64,000 nucleotides of DNA from the human T2T-CHM13v2.0 reference genome, Homo sapiens (GCF_009914755.1 NC_060933.1), one strand, 5' to 3'. Counted from the first letter of the stretch, positions 35,358 through 50,811 are shown. Program-made: numbers and translations. The notes: a model not told the origin generated them from the letters alone.

Positions 35358-35559
35358 AAATAGAACTCCGGCTGTTTGATCAGTATTCTTCAAGTCACTA
35401 AAAATTAAACATTAAATTGTGAATTCACATCCTGGGTATTTACGTTTCAGTGGTAGTTCAGAATTTAGGGTTTTTCTTGTGTATTGATAGAAAACTCATT
35501 TTAAAAATACTGATTATGGCAATGCAGTTAGTAAGCTAAAATTTTTTCCTTCTATTACT

Positions 35560-35857
<298 letters not shown>

Positions 35858-36059
35858 TCTAAGTTAATGATGTTAATTAAATATTTTTTCATTTGGGGCA
35901 TGCCCAGCAACTCAGGGTAAGCCAAATTTATAGTTTATGGAGATGCTAAGTAAAGTGGAGACACAGTTTATGCATATGCAGAGGACTCATCTGCCATTTT
36001 CAGACTTTCTTGGGTGTTCCTATCAGTTTCCTGTCAGTGACTTCCTCTCTCCCTGATGG

Positions 36060-36535
36060 TAAAAACTAAACTTGGTAACGTGGTCTGCAGCCCCTGAGAA
36101 ACCTGCTCCTTCCAACCTCCCGGCTTCATGCTGCTCATTCTCCCCAGCGTTCTTTTTGCCCTAAACACACATTGCATTCTTTCAGTCCTCCAACTTGCCA
36201 CCCATATTCCTCTTCCTGGGGTGCTTTGCTCTATTTTCTTCACCTAGTTAAGGTCTCATCATTCAGTTCTCAGGCCAAGCATTGCTTATTTGTGGAAGAG
36301 GTCTCTGATCCCCCTGGCGAGGCCAGCTTCCCTGTTCATTCTCTCATTGCACCATGAGAGGGCTGCATAGCCCTCCTGACCACTGTCATTTTATAGACTT
36401 TTGTGCAGTGACTTGATTAGTGTCTGTCTTTCTCATTGGTGTGTGAATGCCAGGACTCTGGTTTTGCTCAACATGGGGTTCCACAGCCTGGCATAGTTCC
36501 TTTGCACATGGCAGGAGTTCAGCAAATATTGATGG
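36060..36535 (+). mobile_element. L2 3' fragment
   Basis: Ends ...CACAGCCTGGCATAGTTCC...ACATGGCAGGAGTTCAGCAAATATTG, typical of L2. Confidence 0.65.
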
Positions 36536-36669
36536 GTGCATGACTTTGTTCATGGTTGTCTCTGTGCATCTGCACGGGGGTTCCCTCTGCTTGGCATGCC
36601 ACTTACACACTGTCTCATCTCTAGATCTTTTTGCACCTTAATATTTTGAGCCTTTAGTAGAAATACATA

Positions 36670-36878
36670 CAGTAGGTTCTCACTTAATGACCTCAATCGG
36701 TTCTTGGAAACTGTGACTTTAAGCAAAATGATGTGTGACAAAACCAATTTTTTTTAATCAACGTTATAATAAAACAATGTTGAACAAAACGATGCTATTT
36801 GAGGACCTGCTACACATAGTTCTGCTTAAAGTCGCAGTTTCCAAGAACCTATCAAAAACGTTAAGTGAGGACTTACTA
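36670..36878 (-). mobile_element. MER6B-like Tigger MITE with long terminal inverted repeats
   Basis: CAGTAGGTTCTCACTTAA...GGTTCTTGGAAACTGTGACTTTAAGC versus GCTTAAAGTCGCAGTTTCCAAGAACC...TTAAGTGAGGACTTACT. Confidence 0.85.
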
Positions 36879-37340
36879 TGTGTTTAATCATATGATATTT
36901 TATGTAACCCAGCTAGCAGCTGAGGCCACATTGCCTTCTAGCTCTACTTCTGCCTGTATTTTTTCTGCTTTATGATCTGTCAACTTGGACACAAACCCCA
37001 CTCATACTCTTAACCCACTTCCAAGCCTTTATGGGCTTAGTGGCTTTGGTGAGACTTTGAGGGGCTGTCTTCTTTATCACTGCATTGACTCTTCTTTTTT
37101 CTCTCTCTTTTAACTTTCTCTTTCCTTCAGTCTCTTCTTCCTCCTTCACTTCAGGAGTGTCACAGACATCTCACCCTTCTCAGGATAATTTTGTGGAAGC
37201 CACAGTGCCAGCCAACATCCATGACCCCATGGGTACCTCCCTGGCTGAAGTGGGCTGACCCAGGGTCTTTTCCCAACAATGATGGATCCTGTACAAGATG
37301 AATTCTGGTACCTGCTGCTAAAAGGATACAATTTCATTAT

Positions 37341-37687
37341 TGTTATGGGCTGAATGTTGTGTACCTCCAAAATGGGTATGTTGAAATCCTAACCCCCAAG
37401 GTGATGGTATCAGGAGGTGGAGGCTTTGGGAGGTGATTAGGCAATGATGAAGAAGCCCTCTTGAATGGGATTAGTGCCCCTTTAGAAGGCACCCCATAGA
37501 ACGCCCTCATTATGTGAGACACAGTGAGAAGAACCAGGAAGCAGGCCCTCACCAGACATGGAATCTATCAGTGTCTTGATCTGGGACACTCCAGCCTCCA
37601 GAACAGTAAGAAATAATAAGTTCCTGTTGTTTATAAGCCAACCAGTTTATGGTATTTTGTTATAAAAGCCAAAATAGACTAAGAACA
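37341..37687 (+). mobile_element. MLT1A-type MaLR solo LTR
   Basis: TGTTATGGGCTGAATGTT...CCAGCCTCCAGAAC...ATAGACTAAGAACA. Confidence 0.85.
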
Positions 37688-38309
37688 TTATGTTATATTA
37701 GAGTGATATCATATAACTGATCAAGTTTGGAGGATGTCCAGTGCCCTAGCCCATGCCGTCTGAGGAGAGGTTGATGAAGAGAATGATGAGAGGAAGTGAG
37801 AATAACTTTCTCACCTTTCCTGAGACACATTCCTCCTACCATGGTCCCATTACGGGGCCTTCCTACAATCACTTTCCAGCTTTCCCTTGTTTCCCTGTTT
37901 CTACCCTCAGACAAAGTAGTAGAATGATTACATTCTCAAGAGGTCCTGTGAGGATGCTTGGGCAAAATCAGACTCATGTCAGGCCATTTTAATTTCTAGA
38001 ATCCCCGGATAGGACCTGCGGCCAGCTCAGAAAGACCTGATGGTAATGTGCCATCTTCCCTTCACAAACACTTGAGTGGGTCTGTCTAAATGTCCTAAGT
38101 GGACATTTCTGTTATCCTCAGTTTTTCTTCCAGGGTTCGTCGCATTTCTTTGTGAAAAGCTACCTTATGCAAGCATTTTGTGTGATACTGTTCAGAGTCT
38201 GAGGTTTTAGCGCTGACCCTGGAGACCGTTAGTTTTATTCTATACTAGGTGTTTGTAAGTGGGGACTTTATTTAGATAAATTGACAACAGCAAAGTGCCA
38301 CCCCACTTC

Positions 38310-38520
38310 ACCCCAACATTCATTAAGGATTTGCTGTGTCCCAGAAATTATACTCTGGTGGTTATACACATTGCCTCATTATATCCTTAAAACTGCTTTT
38401 TGAGACAGATAGGATTGTGATTCCTGTAGCAATCTTGAAACTGGACTCAGAGAGGGTAGGAAGTTTGTTCTAAGGCGCACAGCTATGACCAGCACAACTG
38501 AATCTTACCTTAACTCACAT
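38310..38520 (-). mobile_element. MIR
   Basis: Degenerate MIR core (GAAACTGGACTCAGAGAGGG...AAGGCGCACAGCT). Confidence 0.55.
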
Positions 38521-40939
38521 CAAAGCCTCTGAGCTTAAATATTAGGCTATTTACCATGGCTGTGAGAGACGGGGAACAAAAAACAGTGTTTAGTTAAATC
38601 AACAGCTATGTTTACACTCTCTGTATAAACAGTGCAATGTCCTCAAAGAAATCACACAAGAAGGAACAGTAACTCCTGCCAACACACTGGTAAACTTGGC
38701 TCTGCCAAAACTATTAGCTCTTGTTTTCACTCATCAATGTCTTATGTTTCTTTTGCCATCATCTTTTTTTATTCATTAACCCCAGAGCCTCAACTATCTC
38801 TCATTTAAGATAATTGTTCTTATAGTTTTCCAGAAAAACCCATTTCTCCTTTTACTTTTTCCTAGTATCTCTTCCCATAAAAGGCAATGCCCCTAAATTT
38901 GTATCATTCCAGGCATTAGAGAACCAAGCTCAGAAACACTTATAAGATTTTTAAGGTTATCGTTCTCCCCCCAAAACACATGCACATTACCTTTGCAGAG
39001 TTATTATTCAAAATATAGACTTAGAAGCTCTCTGGGCTATAGTCAGCTGGTAATTAATTATAATGACTTCAAGGTATGTTAAATTTGTACGGGGGTGGGG
39101 AGAGGGTCACTTGCAGCCTCAAGAGGACAGAGCACACCGTGAACCAGTTCTGGAACCTGCTTACAGATCTCAAAAGTTCCTGCAGCAGGAGGGCTAATGA
39201 CATTCTCCCTTCTAGAAAAGCAGAGTGACTCAGGATACAGATGTTCCGCCTACCCTGCATTTGTAATTATGAGCTGGCTGTGGTACTTCCCAGGGAGTCT
39301 TTGAATCATCTGTTCTTGCAATTTATCTTGCCGCTGCTCTTTTTAGAACAATCTAGGACATGTCAGCTGAAAACATGTACCAGTTGCTTGCAAAGAAAAG
39401 AATGGCTTTTTGTGTGGGGGTGGGGGACACAGAGCGTTCTCTTCCTCCCTCTCTGCTGGGGAACATGGTAGGCAGAATGAGCTAATAATTCTCAGAGAAA
39501 AAAATATGAGCCCTGAAGAACCCCAATGCCTAGAGAGCACGAAGTGAAGGTAGCTTAATGTTAGTCCTGGTGTGTATACAATGAGGGCCAGAGCTTCAGG
39601 AAGACGTGCTAATTTCACTTTAATTAACACATACTAATGCAAAGGAGATGAACCAGAGAAACTTGAATTTGCAGGCAGACTCATGAAACAAAAATAAACC
39701 TGGTACCTATTGTGAAATCATCTTTGGTGCAGTGTGGCTCAGGAATGTGCCACTCCTGATACTTTTTTTCATCTGCACGTGAGTGTCTGGACTCTGGATT
39801 CAGAAAAACAGATGGAACTTTAGGTCAGATGGGTTCCTGAGTCACCCCGACACAGGGGGCAGGCTGTATTTTAAAAATTTGTTGAGTATTTATTTGTACA
39901 AAGCATTCTGTAAGGCACTAAACCGTAGTTTCTGCTCTAGTCTTCTTTCAATGACGGGTTCTGGGAGGGGTGATGGAAGCAGAAGTGATAGTTATTTATG
40001 TCACAGACTTTGAGAGCAAAAACGTACTTCAGAGGAATGCTTCTCAAAGATTTCTCAAATGCAGGTTCATGGACTAGTGATAATTATGAAATTAACAATT
40101 TGGACAAAATGAGAGACAAAGAAACAAGGTGAGCTTTGTATAAAGCTAAATGTGTTCAGTTGAAAAAATTTTTTTTCTTTAGAACATGTGTCCTACTTTT
40201 CTTATTTTTAAAAGACCATTTCATGGTGATTTTAGGGGAATAAGACCATTCTCCTTTACCCTCTCATTTCTGCCCCCTTTTCTGCCAGAGGAGAAGCACC
40301 TCAAGAAACTGACATCCAGATGGGAATCAAAGTCCCATTTTTGACCTAGTTAAGCCCTGCTTCCAGGCCAGCTCTCGTGAAGCTGCGATATGGACTTTTA
40401 GTTGGCAGGCCTGAGGGCAGCCTTCTACTTTCTCCCCTGAAACCAGATTCAGACAGGTCCCTTCTACAAGGTCCTTCTGACTCATTCCTGGTCACGGGCA
40501 GAGGGGGTGGAGCAGAAAGTGAATTACAGATTTGCTGAGGTCAGCCCTGCTCAGCTTGCTGGCTACACAAAGATAAAGACATTTACAGGTAACACTGACT
40601 CTGTACCTTGCCCACTGGGGAACCATGCACTGTGATGCCAGCCCTCACTCATCAGATTCAGTACTTCTCTTCCTTTTGGATGGCAGGGAAGTGGAGTGGA
40701 AGCTTTCCTCCCCGCATTGGTCTAGAGGTAGAAGTGTGCGGGGAGGAAGATCTTTCCTCCATGGATCAACATGGGGAATGCAGGGGGGTGCTGGGTAAGC
40801 TGCGGTATTCACTAAAAGAGCCTCAAGAAGCCTTGAATTTCATTGCAACCTGCCAGCATTGGATAGCTTAGAGTTATCCAAAGAATCATAAGTGTTCTTA
40901 ATTCCACAGCTGGGCTAAGAAGGATTTTTTTTTTATTGA

Positions 40940-41625
40940 AGATTAAAGTGTTAAATGCTGGTAAAATACACATAACATAAAATTTACCACGTTAATCATT
41001 TTTAAATCCACAGTTTAATGGCATTAAGTACATTCACATTGTTATGCTATCATTGCTACTATCCAAACTGAAACTCTATGCCCATTAAACAATAACTCCC
41101 CATTCTCATCTCCTCCCAGTTCCTGACAACCATTCTGCATGTCTTTATGATTTTTTTGTTTTTTTTTTGAGACAGGTTTCACTCTTTTGCCCAGGCTGGA
41201 GTGCAGTGGCACGATCTTGGCTCACCGCACCCTCAACCTCTGGCCACAAGTGATCTTCTCATCTTAGCCTTCTAAGTAGCAGGGACTATAGGCATGTGCC
41301 ACTATGCCCAGCTAAATTTTTGTATTTTTTGTAGAGGTGAGGTCTTACCATGTCACCCAGGCTGGTCTCAAACTCCTGAGCTTGAGCAATCTGCCTGCCT
41401 CTGCCTCCCAAGGTGCTAGGGTTATAGGTGAATACCACTGCACCCAGACTTCTCTATGAATTTAACTGCTCCAGATTCCTCATGTAAGTGGAATTGTGCA
41501 GTATTTATCTTTCTGTATCTGGCTTATTTCGCTTAGCCTAAGTCCTCAGGGTTCATCAATGTTGTAGCATGTGTCAGAATGTCCTCCCTTTTTAAGACTG
41601 AGTCATATTCTATTGCATGTATTTA
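40940..41625 (-). mobile_element. L1MB-type 3' end containing an AluJ (41150-41449, minus)
   Basis: GGTAAAATACACATAACATAAAATTTACCA... L1MB 3' terminus; Alu flanked by TCT(T/C)TATGA. Confidence 0.8.
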
Positions 41626-42349
41626 ACTGTTTGTTCTCTAAGGGATATGAGACAAACCCTCAGCGTGGTAGCCAGTACCTGCCACATTAATATGAATAGT
41701 TCTGGGAATGGCCTAAAGTTTTGTGGGCAATTCTAGCATCTTCCTGAGCACAGAGCTGGAGAGTGCACAGAGGCCCAGGGTAAATTCTGTATCTCTGCTG
41801 AGAAACAGCTATTGCAACCAAGAAAGAGGTATGGGGTGCCTACCCAGTCCCTGGGCACTATTTCAGTGGCTGCTCCCTTAAGATCCCTCCCATTGGAAGC
41901 TCGCTTGTGGATTGTACCTCAAACTATTGGCTTGCTCTTGAAAGTGCCTTTTGTGCTGGTGGGATCCTACAATCCTCTGTCTGTAGCACTTACGAAAGAG
42001 ACAGTTTTGCTGTCAGGATTATGTTCTTGAGAAGTTTCTACTATACCCCAAATCAAGTGAGAGAAAATGTTGAACCTTAATGTCTTCAGCCTTTAATTTA
42101 CCAAAGTCAAAGGATTTCATCTTTAGACTTCAACCTCTCTTTGAAACTGTAATCACTGATGTGAGTTTATGTAAATTTGGGCATTTTTGTGTGGTTGGCT
42201 TTGCCTTATTTGGAACATTTTAGACTTTCATGTGGTGTTTATTATAAAATGTCATGAGTTATGTTGGGTATTAGGTGGAATATAATTGGAGATGGAAAAT
42301 TTAAAAAGCAATGAATTTTGGCTTTCAGTGTGTGCAGTCTTGAAGTTTT

Positions 42350-42510
42350 CTTCTTTCTTTTTTTCCATTTTATTTTATTTCATTTTATGTTTTTAGAGAC
42401 AGAGTCTTGCTATGTTGCCCCAGCTGGTCTCGAACTCCAGGGCTCAAGTGATCTTCCCACCTCAGCCTCCTGAGTAGCTAGGACTACAGGCATATACCAT
42501 CATGCCCAGC
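42350..42510 (-). mobile_element. FLAM-C
   Basis: Alu monomer. Confidence 0.85.
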
Positions 42511-42748
42511 AAAGTTATCTTAATTCTGTCCTTACTGATTTCAGAGCCTTCTGGGGCAATAGCTGAGCTGCCCATTTTACAGATCCCAGAAGCAGACACA
42601 AGGAGAAGCATGGGATGGGAGTAGGGCTCAGCTTTGTGGAGGTGGAAGGGGCACTGCTCTGAGATTACTCTGCCCACTGGCTTCAGGTGTGTTTATGAAA
42701 TCTCACTGATGGAGAGATGCCAGCTAGTGTCTCCTTAGTCTGCCTTAA

Positions 42749-43210
<462 letters not shown>

Positions 43211-43216
43211 CTTTAA

Positions 43217-43563
<347 letters not shown>

Positions 43564-45327
43564 AATTAATTTTTTTTTTTTTCAAACTGATCCATGGACT
43601 CATCTTCTGGAATCCACTGCCTTAAAGATCATGCAAATCTATGTGCTCATTTTACAAAAGAGGAATGTGAAGCCCAGGGAGTTTATTTAACTTGCTGATG
43701 GGCACAGATGGTGATCAAGCTGTGCTCAGAGCTGCAAGCTGTTTCCATCAAACCTGCTAGAAGCCTCCAGCTGAGATTAGGGCCCCGGCCACATTCACCT
43801 CCTAGGATTTGCAGTGGTGTAAAACGTGCCCCAGGATGTGCAGTGGTCTGGGGGAAGGCGGGAGAGACCCCTGGACCTGTGCTGGCATAGCTACCATGTC
43901 CATGACACTGGGAGGCTAAGATGGAGAGGAAAACAAGATGAGTCCAGCTTCCCTACTCAAAAGCCACAAAACAGTACAGTCAAGGACAATCCTGGTCTCA
44001 TCTACACTATAGGCATTTCAGGAGGACCAAATTAGGTAACCAAGATGTGGGTGCTTGAAAAATTATGATGTATAATCTGAAAGCAATGTTAGCATCAGGC
44101 TACCGAGACAATCTTGTGTGGGCCAAGTGTGGAATCAGCATCATCATTTTATAAGCATGCTTCATGGGCCAGGTTTTCACATCAGCCTTGATATCTCCAT
44201 CCAAAGCAAACTCACCCATTCATACTGGAGAAAAACTCTTCTTGATTTTTATGTAGTGAACTGAGATTCCTCTAATGCCTCACAAAGATATTTTTCCAAT
44301 TTCAGATGGGAACCTGTCTTCCTTAAACTTTTCCTTTTTATAGCCCCCTGTAAAGATTTTGATATCATCTCATGTAATCTTCTTATTCCCAATTTTTTAA
44401 ATGAGTTCTTTAGAGTTCTTCATTATACTGTGAGTAGAAAATTCCAAGTTATCAGTTTATCTGTTTTAGCCAAGGATTGAAAAGACATTTAGTATAATTT
44501 ACAAGGAGGAAAATGTAAGGAAATAGGAGATTTTAACTAGATATTAAATAGAAGGAAACAAAACAACCTTTACAACTGCTTTTCTTGCTTTAGAATATTA
44601 TTTTTAAGATTTAGCCTGAAATTGAGAATCAAGAGCTTATCTGGTTTGCTTTATGGTTTCTAAAAATTCATTTGATTCTAACATTACATGGTTCCTATTG
44701 GTATTTCTGTTTTTGATGGACAGATAATGTGCTGTAATGTCTACTCATGTAATATCTAGTGTTGCATGATTCCTCTCCATCTCTCTGTTTTTGAGAAACA
44801 GAAGCAATGTTTATTTGAGTGGAAATATGATTTCAAATCATATTTCAAAGACTTCAAATAACTGATAGTGCTCATCTCCCCAGAGGGAATCATGAGTCAA
44901 AGGTCAGGGAGTAGCCTGTGAATGAAAATGTGCTGTGCCCACAAGAAAAGATGTCAGTCACAAAGCGAAACTAACACCGCAAATATAAGGGGGTCTTCAA
45001 AAAGTCCATGAAAAATATGTATTGTGAAAAAACTGTGCATGGATTTAAAATTCTTTTTTTACAGCAAATAAACTTGTACTAATTTATTATAATATATCTG
45101 AACAGGGTCTAGTTTGAGGCACTAAGGAGGATAATGCATCCGTTTGAAAAGAGTCCTTATAAGAGAAACATGGATTCTGCTAAAATTCAAGCAAGAACAG
45201 ACATCACATTTGTGGTGAAGCTTGGGTGGAAGAATGGTAACATCACTGATGCTTTACAAAAAGTTTATGGAGAAAATTCTTCAAGTGATAATTTTACAAA
45301 TGAATAACTTGTTTTAGGAAAGGACAG

Positions 45328-45630
45328 GGCCGTGTGAGGTGGCTCACGCTTATAATCCCAGCACTTTGAGAGGCCAAGGATGATTGCTTGAGGCCAAGAG
45401 TTTGAGACCAGCTTAGGCAACAAAGTGAGACCCTTTCTCTACAAAAAATAGAACATTTACCTGGGTGCGGTGGTGCATGCCTACAGTCTGAGCTACTTGG
45501 GAGGCTGAGGCAGGAGGATTGCTTAAGCCCAGGAGTTTGAGCCTGCAGAGAGTTACAATGGTGCTACTGCACTCCGACATGGGTGACAGAGTGAGACCCT
45601 GTCTCTTAAAAGGAAAAGGAAAAGAAAGGA
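45328..45630 (+). mobile_element. AluJ inside HSMAR2
   Basis: Alu consensus; GAAAGGACA flanks. Confidence 0.88.
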
Positions 45631-46556
45631 CAACATTGTTGAAGATGAAGCCTGCAGCAGCAGACTATCCACATCAATTTGCAAGGAAAAAATTTTCTTG
45701 TTCATACCCTAATCAACAATACAAACAATAGCCATCATCATAGACAAAGGAACATCATTATTAGGACTGAAAATTAACAGCACAAACAATAGCCAACATT
45801 CTCGACATTTCAACTGGTTCAGTTTACACAATTCTGACTAAAAAATTAAAGTTGAACAAGCTTCCCGCTCAATGGGTACCAAAACAGTTGTGCCTGGGTC
45901 AGCTGTGGACAAAAGCCGAGCTTTCCGTGGAAATTTTAAATACATAGGATCAAGATCCTGAAGCATTTCTTCAGACTAGTAACGGGAGATGAAACATGGC
46001 TTTACCAGTATGGTCCTGAAGACAAGGCACAATCAAAGCAATGGCTACCAAGAGGTGAACGTGGTGCAGTCAAAGCAAAAGACGATGGGTCAAGAGCTGA
46101 GGTTATGGCAACAGTTTTTTGGGATGCTCAAGGCATTTTGCTTGTTGATGTTCTGGACAATAACATCTGACTATTATGAGAGCATTTTGAGAAAGCTAGC
46201 AAAAGTTTTAGCAGAAAAACTCCTGGAAGAGCTTCACCAGAGAGTCTTTCTCTACCATGACAATGCTGCTGCTCATTCCTCTCAGCAAACAAGGTCAATC
46301 TTGCAAGAGTTTTGATGAGACATCATTAGGTGCCTATCCTCCAGTCCTGATTTGGCTCCATCTGACTTCTTTCTGTTTTCTATTCTTAAAAAAATCTTTA
46401 AAGATCACCCATTTTTCCTCAGTTAATAACATAGAAAAGACAACATGAACATGGTTAAATTCCCAGGACCCTCAGTTCTTTAGGGATGGACAAAATGGTT
46501 GGTATCATCACTTAGAAAAGTATCTTGAACTTGATGAAGCTTATGTTGGGAAATAA

Positions 46557-46817
<261 letters not shown>

Positions 46818-46823
46818 TAATTC

Positions 46824-47123
46824 TTTTTTTTTTTTTTTTTTGAGACGGAGTCTTGCTCTGTCGTTTAGGCTGGACTGCAGTGGCATGATCTTGGCTCACT
46901 GCAACATCTGCCTCCCAGGTTCAAGTGATTCTCCTACATCAGCATCCTGAGTAGCTGGGATTACAGGTGTGCACCATCATGCCTGGCTAATTTTTGTATT
47001 TTTAGTAGAGACCGGGTCTCACCTTGTTGGCCAGGCTGGTCTTGAACTCCTGACCTTAGGTAATCCTCCTGCCTTGGCCTCCCAAAGTGCTAGGATTACA
47101 GGCGTGAGTCACCGTGCCTGGCC
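46824..47123 (-). mobile_element. AluS inserted at the HSMAR2 3' TIR
   Basis: Alu consensus followed directly by the TIR remainder. Confidence 0.88.
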
Positions 47124-47988
47124 CCCATGACCTTTTCGAAGTCCCCTAGTATGCCTTTACACCCATTTCTAGAATGATTCCCAACATTCCTTCATTTATT
47201 CCTTTATTTATTGAATAAATAATTATTAAATGCTTGTCATGTATGTTCCAGGCTTTGCTCTAGTAATTTCGGATATATCAATGAACAAAGCAGGAAAGAA
47301 AAAAAAAAAAGGCAAAATCTCTGCCTTCCGGGAGCTCACATTCCCACAGGAGTCACAGGAAACAGCCAATGACCAGTAAGCATCACAAAGAAGTCATGCC
47401 AAAGAACCAGACAAATAGCTGGAAGGAAGAGGGGAACTCCTTTGTGACGCCAAATGGGCCAAAGGGTCGCTGGGAAAACTAAGCCTTACTGTCCATCTTG
47501 CCTTCAGGATAATGTGAAATATGGCCTAATTTTTGAAGTTTTTTTCTTAGAAATTTTACTGAATCCAAAATAAAACAAGAAGATCATGGTGGATATAGCT
47601 TCCAAATTTATTCTGCAATAAAACAGGTTTGAATCTAGATATACAAGCAAATAGCAAATAATATACATTCTTTTTTGCAGAGTCCAGAATTCTCTTTTCT
47701 CAACACTAGATGGCAGTAGAGTTAAAGAAAAAAATCCCAGCAGTTCTTTGTACAGGGATTTGGTGATTTTTCCCATAAAGCTGCGATGAGGATGAACTCA
47801 GAGCAAAATCTATGTAAGTAGAAAGTTAAATTACAATAGAGGTGTGAAATGATGCTTTAACATGTCACACGCTCATTTTGGCAAAATGTGTTTGGGGCAG
47901 AACTCTCTCTCTCCCTCTCTCTGTCTTTCTCTGCCTGTGTGTCTTTACAGGGTAAGCCTAGACAGAATTAGAGAACCATTAACTCTGA

Positions 47989-48333
<345 letters not shown>

Positions 48334-48879
48334 AAGTTAACTTAACTTTATCCTTTAAAATTGCTTCTGGGTTTGTTAACTTTTTTTGATGCCATTTAAC
48401 TGGTCCGCTCAAGATTGGTTAGGTCTCAGAGGACATTTAGTGTGAAAATGGGAAACTCTGAGGAAGTCAGCTTTTCAGTGGTGTTCAAATGTTTTAGCAA
48501 GAAGTTCAAGAGTAATGTCAAGATGCTCAGAATATAACACTAACAATAATGAATGCGTGGGAGAGGGGGAGATGAAGCAACTGTATTCAGCTGCTAACAT
48601 TGATGAACCTGGGCAGAGGGTGTATGGTGTTCATCCTACTATTCTCGTAACTTTTTCATAATTTTAATTTTTTTCAAAATAGAAAATAGAAACAAGTTAT
48701 CACAAAATGTGTAGCTTAATGCCTACAGGTAATAGATGCATAGAAGGAATTACTATGTAGCATAATCACAACTACAGCAAATACACCGAACATATGAGTC
48801 TAAGAAGTCCTGGATGAGATGGATCTTTCTAGAAGGCCAAGTCTTGACTAGTGACTGGGCCCTGGTCTGGTATTCATTC

Positions 48880-49340
48880 GTTCCATCATCCAAGTGATAT
48901 TTATGGAAAAACTACTAAGTGTGAGACTATGAATAGGGGTTACTGCAGTGAACATCGTAGACAAAGTCTCTGCTCTCCTAAAGCTCACATGCAACTGGAA
49001 AGACAGAAAAAGGCAAATAGGCATTTAATAGATTGGGTGGTGATAAGTACTAGAAAGAAAACAGAAGCAGGAAGTTAAGATAGAGAGTGACAGGGTATTA
49101 CTTTTACTTTAAATAGGGCGGTCAAGGTAGGACAGCCTCTCTGAGGAGGGGACATGGGAGCAGAGCCCTGAGAAGTGAGGTGTGTGGACTTTGTTCATAT
49201 CTGGGAAGGATGTTCCAGGCAGAGCATGTGCCTGAAGAGCCAGAAATGGGCAAGCAGCGAGTGTGACTTCAATGAAGTGTGGGTGGGAGTCAGGTGGAAG
49301 TTAAGAATGGACAGGTACTAGAGCCAGATCTGGCTGTGTG
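48880..49340 (-). mobile_element. L2 fragment
   Basis: CATTCGTTCCATC... start; CTCTGAGGAGGGGACAT...GATGTTCCAGGCAGAG L2 body. Confidence 0.7.
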
Positions 49341-49409
49341 GGCCAGCAAGTCAACACACATTGAAAATAAAAGCATCATTAATGCCTAACATCTATTATC
49401 AAATAGCTT

Positions 49410-50001
49410 TGTTTGGAAAATGGTTTGGTGGTTTCTCGAAAAGTTAAACAGCAATTCCACTTCTAGGTATATATACTCAAAAGAGGTAAAAGCAGTGTCC
49501 CACACAGATACCGGCACACTCACGTTTATAGCAGCATTATTCACAAAAGCCGAAAGGAGGAAGCAAACTAAGTGTCCATTGAATGATGAGTGGATAAGCA
49601 AAAGGTGATAGAGACATAGAGCAGAATATTATTGAGCCTTAAGAAGGAATGAAATTCTGATACATGCTACGACATTGATGAAGCTTGAACATATTAAGCT
49701 AAGGGAAATAAGCTGGACACAAAAGGACAAATACTATATGATTCCTCTTATATGAAGTACTCAGAATAGGCAAATTTGTAGAGACAGAGAGTAGAATGGA
49801 GGTTACCAAGGGCTGACAGGAGTGGGCAATGGGGATTAACGTTCAATGGGTATAGAGTTTCTATTTGGGATTGAGAAAAAGTTCTGCAGATGAATGGTGG
49901 TGATGGTTGCACAACACTGTGAATTTATTTGATGCCATCAAATTGTACATTTAAAATGGTTAAGATGATGTTTGTATTATGCATATTTTATACAACTAAA
50001 A
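49410..50001 (+). mobile_element. L1MB-type 3' end
   Basis: CAGCAATTCCACTTCTAGGTATATACTCAAAAGA...GGTGATGGTTGCACAACACTGTGAAT...TACAACTAAAAA. Confidence 0.85.
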
Positions 50002-50765
50002 ACTTGATTTTTCTTATTCATATTATCTACTTTATCCTCTCAAGGTAACTAATTTATAAGGACTTTAAGATATGAAATGCTTTTTCCAGCAATATTTTCA
50101 TTTTTTATCATGTTTTCTTTTTCTTCCCCTCAAAAGTAAAACATAGTGACACAACAAAATAGCATTATCTATACTCATGATCACCAAGACCTTTTCTTAA
50201 GAAGACAATACATTAATAGATTAAAATCACATTAAGAAATACTTATTTATAAGGGTAAAGGATTGGAAACAAATGAAATGTCCATCAATTGAGAAATAGT
50301 TAAAACCTTTTAACCATTTGTTCCATAGAATATTATGTGTCCATTAACATGATGATGACATGTGAAAATGTTTATGGATGAATTTTAAATTAAAATGTCA
50401 AGCTATAAAATTTTATATGGAGTAAGATCTCATCTTGGTTGGAAGAAAAACACATTCTGGAGGAACTAAAAATAAAAGGTAATTTGTCAAGATGCAAAAG
50501 GTGCTAATCTCTAAGTGTGAGATATTATGGATGATATTTATTTTCATTATATTTTTATGTATTTGCATCACCCCCAGTTTTTATTATGAAAACAGGGAGA
50601 AAATGCAAATACATAAAAACATACAGAAAATTTGAAAGATTAATACAATGAACATCCATATACCCTCCAATTAGATTCAATAATTGTTAATGTTTTCCCA
50701 TATATAGTTTTTTAACAGCCCAGATATCCCCAAGTTCTCATACTTTCTCTATCATCTATGTATTA

Positions 50766-50767
<2 letters not shown>

Positions 50768-50811
<44 letters not shown>
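50768..50811. repeat. (TATC)11 tetranucleotide STR
   Basis: Perfect 44-bp repeat. Confidence 0.97.

Noticed and set aside
42528-42692. Possible plus-strand exon (TTTCAG|AGCC...CAG|GTGTGT)
   Set aside because: Only moderate splice signals, no recognisable protein and no neighbouring exons to support it
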